Shown piece after piece: positions 25,669 to 32,997 of a stretch of 64,000 nt of DNA. The notes below the pieces were generated by a model. That model worked only from the letters and a program-made list of their open reading frames with translations, was not told where the DNA came from and did no database searches. Every line of letters begins with the position of its first letter. Positions within the stretch are counted from its first letter, which is position 1. The translations under genes and the position numbers were made by a program. The DNA comes from a virus, in IMG/VR virus record IMGVR_UViG_3300028840_003906. One strand, written 5' to 3'.

Positions 25669-26024
25669 GTATGCGTGAACTGATCGAAGCAAAGAAGAAA
25701 ATCACCCCAGAGGTCGACGCTGAGTTGGAGAAAGAGTACTCGAAGATTCGACACATCGAGCCTCAGGAGTTCAACGCATCAACCAAGGCCGGAGAGCGTG
25801 TCCGGGTGAAGATTGAACCCGGGAAGAATCTCGGAAAGACGTACTCCATACGGATCGTGAATCCGGGTCGAGGCGTGAACGCTTTTTTCTTTGAGAAACC
25901 GGAGGACATTGACGATCTGATGAAGACGATGTCCTCTCTGGTGAAGAAGGCCAAGAAGGCTGTCGAGAAAAACGACAAGGCAAAGAGCGACTTCTGGAAG
26001 AGACTCAAGACGGAGTACGACTGA
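25665..26024 (+). CDS. hypothetical protein, leader MSMRELIEA
   Basis: Overlapping stop/start; leader motif. Confidence 0.7.
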   Translation: MSMRELIEAKKKITPEVDAELEKEYSKIRHIEPQEFNASTKAGERVRVKIEPGKNLGKTYSIRIVNPGRGVNAFFFEKPEDIDDLMKTMSSLVKKAKKAVEKNDKAKSDFWKRLKTEYD

Positions 26025-26320
26025 TGAGTATGCGTGAACTGATCGAGAGGAAGCTTGAAGAGGGCCGGAAGGTCAGCTCAAGTACGGTCATCCGTGCGTT
26101 GCGTGGTGTTGCAGAGGACGAGGATGCTGATGAGGCCGCGTTCCTGAACCTTCTGGCGGACAGAATCAACCAGACATATCCTGGCGAGGACATTGATATC
26201 CGGGTGATCAACAAGGTGGCCAAGGAGCCCGTGTTTAAGAAGTACTGGAAGAAGATCGGGAGCGCGGATCTGCGCGAACTCATCTCCGATTCCTGGGACA
26301 TGATTTCGAATGGAAGGTAG
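26024..26320 (+). CDS. hypothetical protein, leader MSMRELIER
   Basis: Overlapping stop/start; leader motif. Confidence 0.7.
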   Translation: MSMRELIERKLEEGRKVSSSTVIRALRGVAEDEDADEAAFLNLLADRINQTYPGEDIDIRVINKVAKEPVFKKYWKKIGSADLRELISDSWDMISNGR

Positions 26321-26322
26321 CC

Positions 26323-26793
26323 ATGCGCGAGCTGATTGAAAGAATAGTGTTGAAGTCGTTTCCGGCGCATCTCAAGAAGAAGATGGCCGATGACAATCGC
26401 ACCCTGAAGAACAACAAGGGTCGGATTATCAAGCGGTTGACATCTCCGTCGGTTGGTATGAGCAAAAAGGAGGCCGAGTCATACTTTGACTCCGTCCTGC
26501 ATCCGAAGACACAGCTGTCCATCCAGCAGAGGGCGGATGCTTTCCGGTTCATCAAGGAGGGAGTCGAGTTTGACGGAGAAGTGCTGGATGAGATAAGGCA
26601 GAGGGCTCCGGCTACTCATGGCACCGTGGATGTTCGGATCGTTCCACTCCGTGGGAAGTGGAAGGTCTTTGTCAGGTTCGATGGAAACCTGGTGGAGAGT
26701 GACGAGGCGACGAGTTTCATGAAGGCTCTGAAGAAAGCTTCGCTTCATGCCGCCGATGCTGTAGACATGGGGTACACAGGCGACTTGCCGTGA
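26323..26793 (+). CDS. hypothetical protein, leader MRELIER
   Basis: Leader motif; RBS. Confidence 0.7.
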   Translation: MRELIERIVLKSFPAHLKKKMADDNRTLKNNKGRIIKRLTSPSVGMSKKEAESYFDSVLHPKTQLSIQQRADAFRFIKEGVEFDGEVLDEIRQRAPATHGTVDVRIVPLRGKWKVFVRFDGNLVESDEATSFMKALKKASLHAADAVDMGYTGDLP

Positions 26794-26799
26794 TTAGAG

Positions 26800-26813
26800 C
26801 GAACTCAAGTTCG
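26800..26813. repeat. CGAAC-N4-GTTCG palindrome
   Basis: CGAACTCAAGTTCG between stop codon and RBS. Confidence 0.85.
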
Positions 26814-26826
26814 CATGGAGGTTGTT

Positions 26827-27180
26827 ATGAGAGAGCTGATTGAGAGGATGGAGGCGAAGGGAGAGAACGCGAACCTGCTGGAGCTGCTGAAGAAGAAGGT
26901 TTCTGGCTCCAAGATTGTTCGTTCGACGGGGAGTAACCTTTCGAATGCGCCGAGCGGATCGAGTAGGTCCTTGGTTGTCCTCGGGGATGAGATTGCGGGA
27001 TCTGGTGGCACTGTTCCGTTTAGGAGCGAGTTCACGATAGCAACTCACTTTATTCCGACTGGCAAGGCTGGAGATATGCTCTTTGATCCCAAGTCGTACA
27101 AGGAGCTGAAGAGATACCTGCCGAAGCATGAAACGCGGGGCAAGCTCCATGGTCAGAAGCTGAAAGTGTATTTTACCTAG
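26827..27180 (+). CDS. hypothetical protein, leader MRELIER
   Basis: RBS GGAGG before the internal ATG. Confidence 0.7.
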   Translation: MRELIERMEAKGENANLLELLKKKVSGSKIVRSTGSNLSNAPSGSSRSLVVLGDEIAGSGGTVPFRSEFTIATHFIPTGKAGDMLFDPKSYKELKRYLPKHETRGKLHGQKLKVYFT

Positions 27181-27190
27181 GAATACAGGG

Positions 27191-27219
27191 TTGACACGCG
27201 CTCGTTTCTGAGCGATATT
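27191..27219 (+). promoter_or_regulatory. sigma70-type promoter for the tRNA array
   Basis: TTGACA-17 nt-GATATT. Confidence 0.55.
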
Positions 27220-27406
27220 CCCCAGAGAGACGGAACGATGACTATGGCAATAACCAGAATGGCGACAGAGCGCAAACAAGGCGGGAATGACCGTCCTGTC
27301 GACGTGCGCCCGGACGCCACGACGGAAAGGCCATAGGAATTCGGGACGTCTTTTTCGATCTAAAAATCACAAAAACAAAAGGCGTCTCGGAAGACACGGA
27401 ATTGTG

Positions 27407-27420
27407 TGTTCTTTGACAAC
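27407..27420 (+). promoter_or_regulatory. boxA-like antitermination element
   Basis: TGTTCTTTGACAAC, 13 nt before the first tRNA; resembles rrn boxA. Confidence 0.45.
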
Positions 27421-27433
27421 TTACGTTCCAGAC

Positions 27434-27506
27434 GGCTCCATGGACTAATGGTTAGGTCAGCGGCCTTTCACGTCGCTAGTGGCGGGTTCGAGTCCCCCTG
27501 GAGTCA
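27434..27506 (+). tRNA. trnE: tRNA-Glu(TTC)
   Basis: Manual cloverleaf: GGCTCCA/TGGAGTC, loop CT-TTC-AC. Confidence 0.9.
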
Positions 27507-27510
27507 ATTT

Positions 27511-27589
27511 GGCTCCTTAGCTCAGTTGGTTTTAGAGCGCTGGCCTGTTAAGCCAGAGTGCGTGAGTTCAAGTCTCACAGGGGCCTCCA
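27511..27589 (+). tRNA. trnN: tRNA-Asn(GTT)
   Basis: Cloverleaf, loop CT-GTT-AA, CCA encoded. Confidence 0.9.
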
Positions 27590-27590
27590 T

Positions 27591-27663
27591 GCTGGATTAG
27601 CTCAGCAGGCAGAGCACCTCCTTCGTAACGAGGATGTCGCCGGTTCGATTCCGGCATCCAGCC
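27591..27663 (+). tRNA. trnT: tRNA-Thr(CGT)
   Basis: GCTGGAT/ATCCAGC, loop TT-CGT-AA. Confidence 0.85.
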
Positions 27664-27678
27664 ATATGAAAAAGGCAA

Positions 27679-27761
27679 GCTGGAGTCGCCTAGTGGTTGA
27701 TGGCACTGGATTTGTAATCCAGAGGCGAAAGCCCGCGTCGGTTCGAATCCGGCCTCCAGCT
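27679..27761 (+). tRNA. trnT: tRNA-Thr(TGT) with long variable arm
   Basis: CTGGA-TTTGTAA-TCCAG; variable arm AGGCGAAAGCCCGC. Confidence 0.8.
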
Positions 27762-27766
27762 CTGAC

Positions 27767-27852
27767 GGACCGATACTCAAGTGGTCAACGAGATCTGACT
27801 TTTAATCAGATGCCTTTGTGCTTCGAGGGTTCGAATCCCTCTCGGTCCTCCA
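27767..27852 (+). tRNA. trnK: tRNA-Lys(TTT) on a Tyr-like class II body
   Basis: TCTGA-CTTTTAA-TCAGA; 14-nt variable arm; CCA encoded. Confidence 0.8.
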
Positions 27853-27855
27853 AAT

Positions 27856-27927
27856 GCCTCTGCGATGTGACTGGTCGCATGCGAGATTTCCAATCTCGAC
27901 GAGTCGGTTCGAGTCCGGCCAGGGGCT
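27856..27927 (+). tRNA. trnG: tRNA-Gly(TCC)
   Basis: CGAGA-TTTCCAA-TCTCG. Confidence 0.9.
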
Positions 27928-27928
27928 C

Positions 27929-28001
27929 AGAAGCGTAGATCAATTGGTAGATCACAAGCTTTTGGTGCTTGGTGTTGTGGGTTCAAGTCCCACCGCTTCT
28001 T
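27929..28001 (+). tRNA. trnQ: tRNA-Gln(TTG)
   Basis: CAAGC-TTTTGGT-GCTTG. Confidence 0.9.
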
Positions 28002-28007
28002 TTGAAT

Positions 28008-28080
28008 GGGGCTGTAGCTCAATTGGGAGAGCGCTTCGCTTGCACCGAAGATGTCGCAGGTTCGATTCCTGTCAGCTCCA
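28008..28080 (+). tRNA. trnA: tRNA-Ala(TGC)
   Basis: GGGGCTG/CAGCTCC with G3:U70; loop CT-TGC-AC. Confidence 0.95.
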
Positions 28081-28084
28081 CCGA

Positions 28085-28098
28085 CGAACTTTAGTTCG
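28085..28098. repeat. CGAAC-N4-GTTCG palindrome (variant)
   Basis: GACGAACTTTAGTTCGTC between tRNA-Ala and tRNA-Arg. Confidence 0.8.
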
Positions 28099-28102
28099 TC
28101 AT

Positions 28103-28176
28103 TGATCCGTAGCTCAGTGGATAAGAGCACCTCTCTCCGGAAGAGGGTGTCGTAGGTTCGATTCCTACCGGGTCAG
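28103..28176 (+). tRNA. trnR: tRNA-Arg(CCG)
   Basis: CCTCT-CTCCGGA-AGAGG. Confidence 0.9.
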
Positions 28177-28181
28177 AAAAC

Positions 28182-28257
28182 GCCCCTGTAGGCTAGTGGA
28201 TAAAACCGCAGCGCTACGGACGCTGAATCGCTGGTTCGAGTCCAGCCGGGGGTGCCA
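28182..28257 (+). tRNA. trnR: tRNA-Arg(ACG)
   Basis: CAGCG-CTACGGA-CGCTG, CCA encoded. Confidence 0.9.
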
Positions 28258-28258
28258 G

Positions 28259-28329
28259 CGGGCCATAGCTCGAAGGTCGAGCGCCGTTCTCATAAATCGG
28301 TGGTGAAGGTTCGATTCCTTCTGGCCTGA
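28259..28329 (+). tRNA. tRNA-Met/Ile2(CAT)
   Basis: Loop CT-CAT-AA; position 1:72 is paired, so not a typical initiator. Confidence 0.8.
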
Positions 28330-28334
28330 AACAT

Positions 28335-28407
28335 CGGGGCATAGCTCAGCTGGGAGAGCGGGGGCCTTACAAGCCTCAGGTCGCAGGTTCGATCCCTGCT
28401 GCCCTGA
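28335..28407 (+). tRNA. trnV: tRNA-Val(TAC)
   Basis: GGGGC-CTTACAA-GCCTC. Confidence 0.9.
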
Positions 28408-28414
28408 CTGTTTT

Positions 28415-28438
28415 CCTGGATTCGTCCAGGTGGGTTTT
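28415..28438 (+). terminator. possible intrinsic terminator hairpin after the first tRNA block
   Basis: CCTGGA-TTCG-TCCAGG followed by a weak T-rich tail. Confidence 0.35.
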
Positions 28439-28526
28439 CTGGCTTGACACGATTTGTGGCTATGGTAGCTCTTGATGCAGAGAGACAGGCATCGAGGCAC
28501 GTGTTGAGAGAGAAAAGGAGATAGTT

Positions 28527-28865
28527 ATGATTTTGAAAATAAAACAGCAGAGTCAGGAAGATGGTGTGTCGGATCGCTGGTGGGTCCTCGGTGAGATTGC
28601 CAAGGTCAGCTATGCGATGGAGCCGATGGAGGGTTTCTACGTCGGCAACGAGAAGGATCCAAAGACAGACAAACTGCATGCAGACATTGTTCTGGTTAAT
28701 CCCATGGCGTCAGTCAAGGATGACGAACTTCAAACGGTTCCTGTTAATCGGATCGTTGCCAGGGATATTCGTGACAAGGAAACGGTGATTCTCTTCAATA
28801 CGGTTGCATATTTGTGCAACGATCGTGGAGAGACCATAGAGAAGATCGTCGGAAATCACTGGTAG
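28527..28865 (+). CDS. hypothetical protein inside the tRNA array
   Basis: RBS AAGGAG; FNTVAYLCNDRGETIEKI motif. Confidence 0.7.
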   Translation: MILKIKQQSQEDGVSDRWWVLGEIAKVSYAMEPMEGFYVGNEKDPKTDKLHADIVLVNPMASVKDDELQTVPVNRIVARDIRDKETVILFNTVAYLCNDRGETIEKIVGNHW

Positions 28866-28913
28866 GTAGCAGCCTTCTGTCTGTCTCTCTTTTTTTGTAA
28901 TCGGTAAGTGTTT

Positions 28914-28987
28914 CCGGGATTAGTTCAGCCTGGAGGAACGCTCGCTTTGGGAGCGAGAGGTCGCAGGTTCAAATCCTGCATCCCGGA
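28914..28987 (+). tRNA. trnP: tRNA-Pro(TGG)
   Basis: CTCGC-TTTGGGA-GCGAG. Confidence 0.9.
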
Positions 28988-28998
28988 CTGTTTGAGAT

Positions 28999-29072
28999 GG
29001 TGCATTCGCGTAGTGGTCTATCGCACCGGCCTGTCACGTCGGATTTCACGGGTTCGAATCCCGTATGCACCG
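28999..29072 (+). tRNA. trnD: tRNA-Asp(GTC)
   Basis: CCGGC-CTGTCAC-GTCGG. Confidence 0.9.
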
Positions 29073-29073
29073 C

Positions 29074-29146
29074 CGAGGAGTAGAGCATTGGATGACTCGC
29101 TTGCTTCGGGAGCAAGACCAAGCTGGTTCGATTCCAGTCTCCTCGA
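29074..29146 (+). tRNA. trnP: tRNA-Pro(CGG)
   Basis: CTTGC-TTCGGGA-GCAAG. Confidence 0.85.
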
Positions 29147-29149
29147 AAC

Positions 29150-29222
29150 GGATCCGTAGGCTAGTGGATGAAACCGGTCGGCTTCTACCCGACTCTCCCC
29201 CGTTCGAATCGGGGCGGATCCT
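29150..29222 (+). tRNA. trnR: tRNA-Arg(TCT)
   Basis: GTCGG-CTTCTAC-CCGAC. Confidence 0.85.
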
Positions 29223-29226
29223 CTCT

Positions 29227-29300
29227 CCCAGGATGGCCAAGTCTGGTAAGGCACGCCTCTCATACGGGCGGTATCGCAGGTTCAAATCCTGCTCCTGGGA
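29227..29300 (+). tRNA. tRNA-Met/Ile2(CAT)
   Basis: CGCCT-CTCATAC-GGGCG. Confidence 0.8.
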
Positions 29301-29305
29301 CTGAT

Positions 29306-29379
29306 TGCCTCGTAGCTCAGGGGACAAGAGCAGAGGATTCCTAATCCTCGTGTCGGCGGTTCGATTCCGTCCGGGGCAG
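29306..29379 (+). tRNA. trnR: tRNA-Arg(CCT)
   Basis: GAGGA-TTCCTAA-TCCTC. Confidence 0.9.
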
Positions 29380-29389
29380 CAAGCGGGGA

Positions 29390-30118
29390 TTATTCTTCTT
29401 TGGCGTACACGCCGGGGGAGTGGGTGACGGACTCTGTCACAGGCTCGGTCTCTGGGATCCCCTTTAGTTCGGACAGGACGCCTTTGGTGGCTTCCTTGAG
29501 TTCCTTCAGAAGGTCGAGGTATTCGTGGTTTGGCATGCTGTAGTGGTGCTTTATTCGTTCTAGGAATTCGATTTTCTGGGAGAGGCCAGAGTTCCTCATG
29601 ACGCATCCTACGCCAGTTTGGTGGTGCCAGAATTTGCATCCGGCTGCAAAGCGCCATGTGGAGCTTCTTTCGTCCCGAGAGAAATATCGTGTCTCGTTGT
29701 CGAAGATGCAGTCACCGAGGAGGTAGAACGCAATCTCGACATGCTTGATGGCTGGCCCAAGGCAGAACTCGCGGACATTGGTGTCGAAGCTCCTGTCGAT
29801 GTTCCATTCCTTGACTGCTTCTGCCGCGTTTCTTCGGATTTCTTCGAGGTACCACTGGTTGAGCTGGAAGATCTTGTCTGTGACGAAGGAGTCCCATTCC
29901 TTGTCGAACGTCTCGACGAACTCTTCGTTCCTGTGCGGGCTTGGGGTGGTGGCTTTCAGCCATTTTTCGTGACCTTCGCGCATCGCCTTGTCGTGGTGAG
30001 ACCAGTCCAGCTTGTAGAGCACGGCTGATGACCCTTTCCCTTCAACAGGGTACAGGTCGTCCGCTCGGCCAAGCCTGACGATCTTTGGAAAACTCAATGG
30101 GGATTTCAGTGAAAGCAT
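29390..30118 (-). CDS. hypothetical protein
   Basis: RBS GGAGG before MLSLKS; converges on the tRNA array. Confidence 0.7.
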   Translation of the reverse strand: MLSLKSPLSFPKIVRLGRADDLYPVEGKGSSAVLYKLDWSHHDKAMREGHEKWLKATTPSPHRNEEFVETFDKEWDSFVTDKIFQLNQWYLEEIRRNAAEAVKEWNIDRSFDTNVREFCLGPAIKHVEIAFYLLGDCIFDNETRYFSRDERSSTWRFAAGCKFWHHQTGVGCVMRNSGLSQKIEFLERIKHHYSMPNHEYLDLLKELKEATKGVLSELKGIPETEPVTESVTHSPGVYAKEE

Positions 30119-30304
30119 GACGTTACCTCCGTCGTTGTAATGATGCCACGACCCTCGTGGCGTTCCCGAACGATCTATTTCTGTCACATCGGAGTTGTCG
30201 TGTCAATGCCAGAGGCAGCAGGAGGCGATTCCTTGGCCTCTTATTTGTATTTGGAGCGTGGGTTGTGATTTCCGAGAAAACGGCGAGGTTTGGCGTGTGC
30301 TTGC

Positions 30305-30589
30305 TCAGTCGGCTGGATCTTTACCGTCTTTGATGATCTGGATCGCGCGATGGATCGGGAGGTTGAACTTTTCCTCGATGATGACCATGTCGGCTTTTTC
30401 CCATCGGTGGCCAAATCGCACGTCCCGGCAAATGTCTCCTTCGACGACGGTGACGTGCCCGCATACGCGCAGGTAGCTTCTTCCGGTTGCGAACCCTCGC
30501 TCGACGCTTGTGTTATTGCAGGTCTTTTCACCGGGGAGCATGGATTCTAGTATTTCTTTGACTTTTTCGAGTTTCTCTTCTGGGCTCAT
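30305..30589 (-). CDS. hypothetical protein
   Basis: Strand and codon usage match the neighbouring minus-strand genes. Confidence 0.6.
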   Translation of the reverse strand: MSPEEKLEKVKEILESMLPGEKTCNNTSVERGFATGRSYLRVCGHVTVVEGDICRDVRFGHRWEKADMVIIEEKFNLPIHRAIQIIKDGKDPAD

Positions 30590-30603
30590 TTGTGATTTCC
30601 TTT

Positions 30604-30738
30604 CTAGTCTGCGTTCCAGCCTTCGGATACTCCGAACGCGAAGACTTCTGCTGTGTACCCGAGGATGTACCCGAGGATGAACAGCGGGGAGAATGCGACT
30701 CTGACGATGGTTCTCAGGATTTTTCGGGTGGTTTTCAT
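30604..30738 (-). CDS. small membrane protein (44 aa, not in the ORF track)
   Basis: RBS AAGGAGGA; MKTTRKILRTIVRVAFSPLFILGYILGY. Confidence 0.55.
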   Translation of the reverse strand: MKTTRKILRTIVRVAFSPLFILGYILGYTAEVFAFGVSEGWNAD

Positions 30739-30754
30739 TCTGTCCTCCTTCCGG

Positions 30755-30768
30755 CGAACTTGGGTTCG
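30755..30768. repeat. CGAAC-N4-GTTCG palindrome (variant)
   Basis: CGAACTTGGGTTCG between stop codon and RBS on the minus strand. Confidence 0.8.
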
Positions 30769-30769
30769 C

Positions 30770-31564
30770 TCAGATGAATACGCAGTTGCCCTCTTCGTGA
30801 CGGATGAAATCCTCTCCGAACATCTCCATCCACTGTTCCTTGGTCGTTTTGTAGTCTGCGAACGTGGTCGCGTTCTCGGCGCACCATTCGGCCAGTGCTT
30901 CTGCGGACTCGAAGACGGGGCTCTGGGGCGAGCCTTCAGAAGTCGTTTCCCAGAGTTGGAAGCCCTCGCCTTCGGGTGGATCTTTGCGATCCCAGGCGTC
31001 GTTCTTCTCCTTGTGCTCCTTGCTGTCGAAGATCTCTCCTTTGCCCTTGCATTCTTGGCATTCGACTTCGATGCCCCTCTCCTTGCACTTCTTCTTGATG
31101 AGGACGTGTGCGCACAAAGGATTCAGCCCGAATCCTGTCCTGTCGTACTCGGCGAGTTCATCCGGCGTAGGGATGTAGCCGTTGTTGAACTTGAGCCATG
31201 AGTTTCCGCCCTCTTCCTTCTGCTTGCGGACGATCTCGCGTTGCTCTTCGTTGATCGGCACCCGGGTGAAGTCCCAGAGGAGATCGGACTTAGCCAGAAT
31301 CTCGGCCTCCTCCTGGGTGAGGTTCTGGCTCCATGCGTTCGCATTGTATCGACGGGTTTTCTCCTCGTCGACCCAGACCCATTTTTCGTCGTGGTATCCG
31401 TACCATTGCAGGAGCAGCAGTTTGGCCAGTGGACTGTAGCCGAGTCCTATGCCGTCGCCGCATTCCGGGCACTTCCTCGGTCGGTGCGGATTGATGTACC
31501 CTTTCCAGGTTTTATTGAGCGGCCAATCGAAATCCATGGGCACTCTTCTCAGCTCTCTTCCCAT
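30770..31564 (-). CDS. conserved phage protein with a split Zn-finger
   Basis: CPECGDG ... CQECKGKG; LWETTSEGSPQSPVF. Confidence 0.75.
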   Translation of the reverse strand: MGRELRRVPMDFDWPLNKTWKGYINPHRPRKCPECGDGIGLGYSPLAKLLLLQWYGYHDEKWVWVDEEKTRRYNANAWSQNLTQEEAEILAKSDLLWDFTRVPINEEQREIVRKQKEEGGNSWLKFNNGYIPTPDELAEYDRTGFGLNPLCAHVLIKKKCKERGIEVECQECKGKGEIFDSKEHKEKNDAWDRKDPPEGEGFQLWETTSEGSPQSPVFESAEALAEWCAENATTFADYKTTKEQWMEMFGEDFIRHEEGNCVFI

Positions 31565-31573
31565 TTTTTTCTC

Positions 31574-32107
31574 CTATGAAACGAGCTGGAACAGCTCGTC
31601 GGTTGTGAGTTCTTCGTCCTGGAGTTTCATCGTTGTGGCCGAGATCAGGTCTTCGAGTTTGATCTTCGACCATTTCTTTGCTTCCTCGGGAGTGAGCCCG
31701 AGCAGCAGCGCCATAGCAATCTTGACCTTCGAGTTGCCGACCATCTTGGGTCCGGTAACGCTCAGTATCATCGGATTGCCTGGGGCGTACTCCGCGACCT
31801 GGTCGATGACTTCGTTGTCGATCTTGCTGACCTGCCCCCATGCCCAGATGGCCCTCAGGATCGGTTGCATCTCTTCCTTGGGTCCTTCGAGCCAGGTTGT
31901 GTCATGGCAGGACAGCACGTCCGTCTCGATCTTGACCGAGATGGATCCGTTCATTCTTTCGGTGACGTCCGTGATCTTGCCACCGTATCCGAGTTCGAAC
32001 TCAAAGAGGGTGATCATGGCCTGGTCCAGTGTGATCTCGGACTTCGGCGGGACGTTCTTGAAGGTGTTCTCGAACGGCTTTTTTCGCTCTCCGTATCTCG
32101 TCAGCAT
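31574..32107 (-). CDS. hypothetical protein
   Basis: RBS GGAGGGA. Confidence 0.65.
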   Translation of the reverse strand: MLTRYGERKKPFENTFKNVPPKSEITLDQAMITLFEFELGYGGKITDVTERMNGSISVKIETDVLSCHDTTWLEGPKEEMQPILRAIWAWGQVSKIDNEVIDQVAEYAPGNPMILSVTGPKMVGNSKVKIAMALLLGLTPEEAKKWSKIKLEDLISATTMKLQDEELTTDELFQLVS

Positions 32108-32490
32108 TTTTCTTCCCTCCTGATTTTTTCGATATACTCGTCGCATACTTTTTTCGCTTGCCTGAGGGAGCATCCGGTCCGCTTTCTGTATCTTGCGATT
32201 GCGTAAATTCTGTGTTTGGACGCAAGCCTTGATCTGAACCCGGCATGTGGAATGCCGTCCAGGGCCTGCATCTCTCTTCTTTCGAGCAGGGCGGGGTTTT
32301 TGGGGTCGAACGGCGTCTCCGGATCGATAAATGCCCGGTGGTTCTGGACGCCTTGGCGGACGAACTCAAGTTCGTGGAGTGCTCCACGGCATTGCTCGTC
32401 TTCCATGGACTGCAGCACTTTGTGATAGTGGGCGATCCTCGTGTCGAGGAAGGCGAGTAGTTTCTCGGTATTGATCGTGTCATCCTTCAT
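32101..32490 (-). CDS. protein with an L7/L12 CTD-like helix-turn-helix motif
   Basis: RIYAIARYRKRTGCSLRQAKKVCD. Confidence 0.55.
   Translation of the reverse strand: MKDDTINTEKLLAFLDTRIAHYHKVLQSMEDEQCRGALHELEFVRQGVQNHRAFIDPETPFDPKNPALLERREMQALDGIPHAGFRSRLASKHRIYAIARYRKRTGCSLRQAKKVCDEYIEKIRREEKC
32361..32374. repeat. CGAAC-N4-GTTCG palindrome (in CDS)
   Basis: CGAACTCAAGTTCG. Confidence 0.6.
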
Positions 32491-32611
32491 TGTCTTCTCC
32501 GTCCTCGGTTTCGATCATTCCGGATGCGCTCGTGTACTCGCCGCACTCCGGGCAGTAGATGTAGTCTGTCAGGAACATGCAACCGCAATTCTGACACTCG
32601 TACTTGATCAT
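32480..32611 (-). CDS. Zn-ribbon microprotein (43 aa, not in the ORF track)
   Basis: MIKYECQNCG..CPECG; RBS AGGAG. Confidence 0.6.
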   Translation of the reverse strand: MIKYECQNCGCMFLTDYIYCPECGEYTSASGMIETEDGEDNEG

Positions 32612-32620
32612 CGTCTTCTC

Positions 32621-32881
32621 CTATCGACCGACGCCGGTACCGGAGACTCCGTTCGGCAGGAAGCGCTCGGCCAGGGCATGCAGCTCTTCCAGGGAGAGCG
32701 TGATGGCGTGCTCCTCGACGAGTCCCTTCTTGGTAATGGAGACGCCGTGGTCGGATTCGATCGCGAATCCGTGGTCGACGACGATGCCTCTCTCCTCTGG
32801 GATCTCTTTTCCGGTTTCGTCGACGACCTTGTCGCCGAGTTTCCAATTCAGCATGTCTGATCCTGCGTAGTGCTTTGCCAT
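32621..32881 (-). CDS. hypothetical protein
   Basis: First gene after the promoter at 32.95 kb. Confidence 0.6.
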   Translation of the reverse strand: MAKHYAGSDMLNWKLGDKVVDETGKEIPEERGIVVDHGFAIESDHGVSITKKGLVEEHAITLSLEELHALAERFLPNGVSGTGVGR

Positions 32882-32926
32882 TTTCTTGTTTCCTTCCTCC
32901 GGGCATCTTGCTCGGCATCTGTGAAG

Positions 32927-32956
32927 ACATTAAGCCGGTTTTTAAGGTTTGTCAAC
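32927..32956 (-). promoter_or_regulatory. early promoter, GTTGACAAACC family
   Basis: TTGACA-17 nt-TAATGT on the minus strand. Confidence 0.6.
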
Positions 32957-32997
32957 AAAAGATTCGAAGAAAAGTGCGGCTTCATAAGCGTTTGAGA

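Noticed and set aside
27434-29379. Stop-codon reassignment or suppressor tRNA
   Set aside because: No CTA, TTA or TCA anticodon was found, and genes end normally at TAA, TAG and TGA with tight coupling.
27406-29657. Short ORFs over the tRNA cluster
   Set aside because: They overlap clear cloverleaf structures. Only 28527..28865 has an RBS and sits in a tRNA-free gap.
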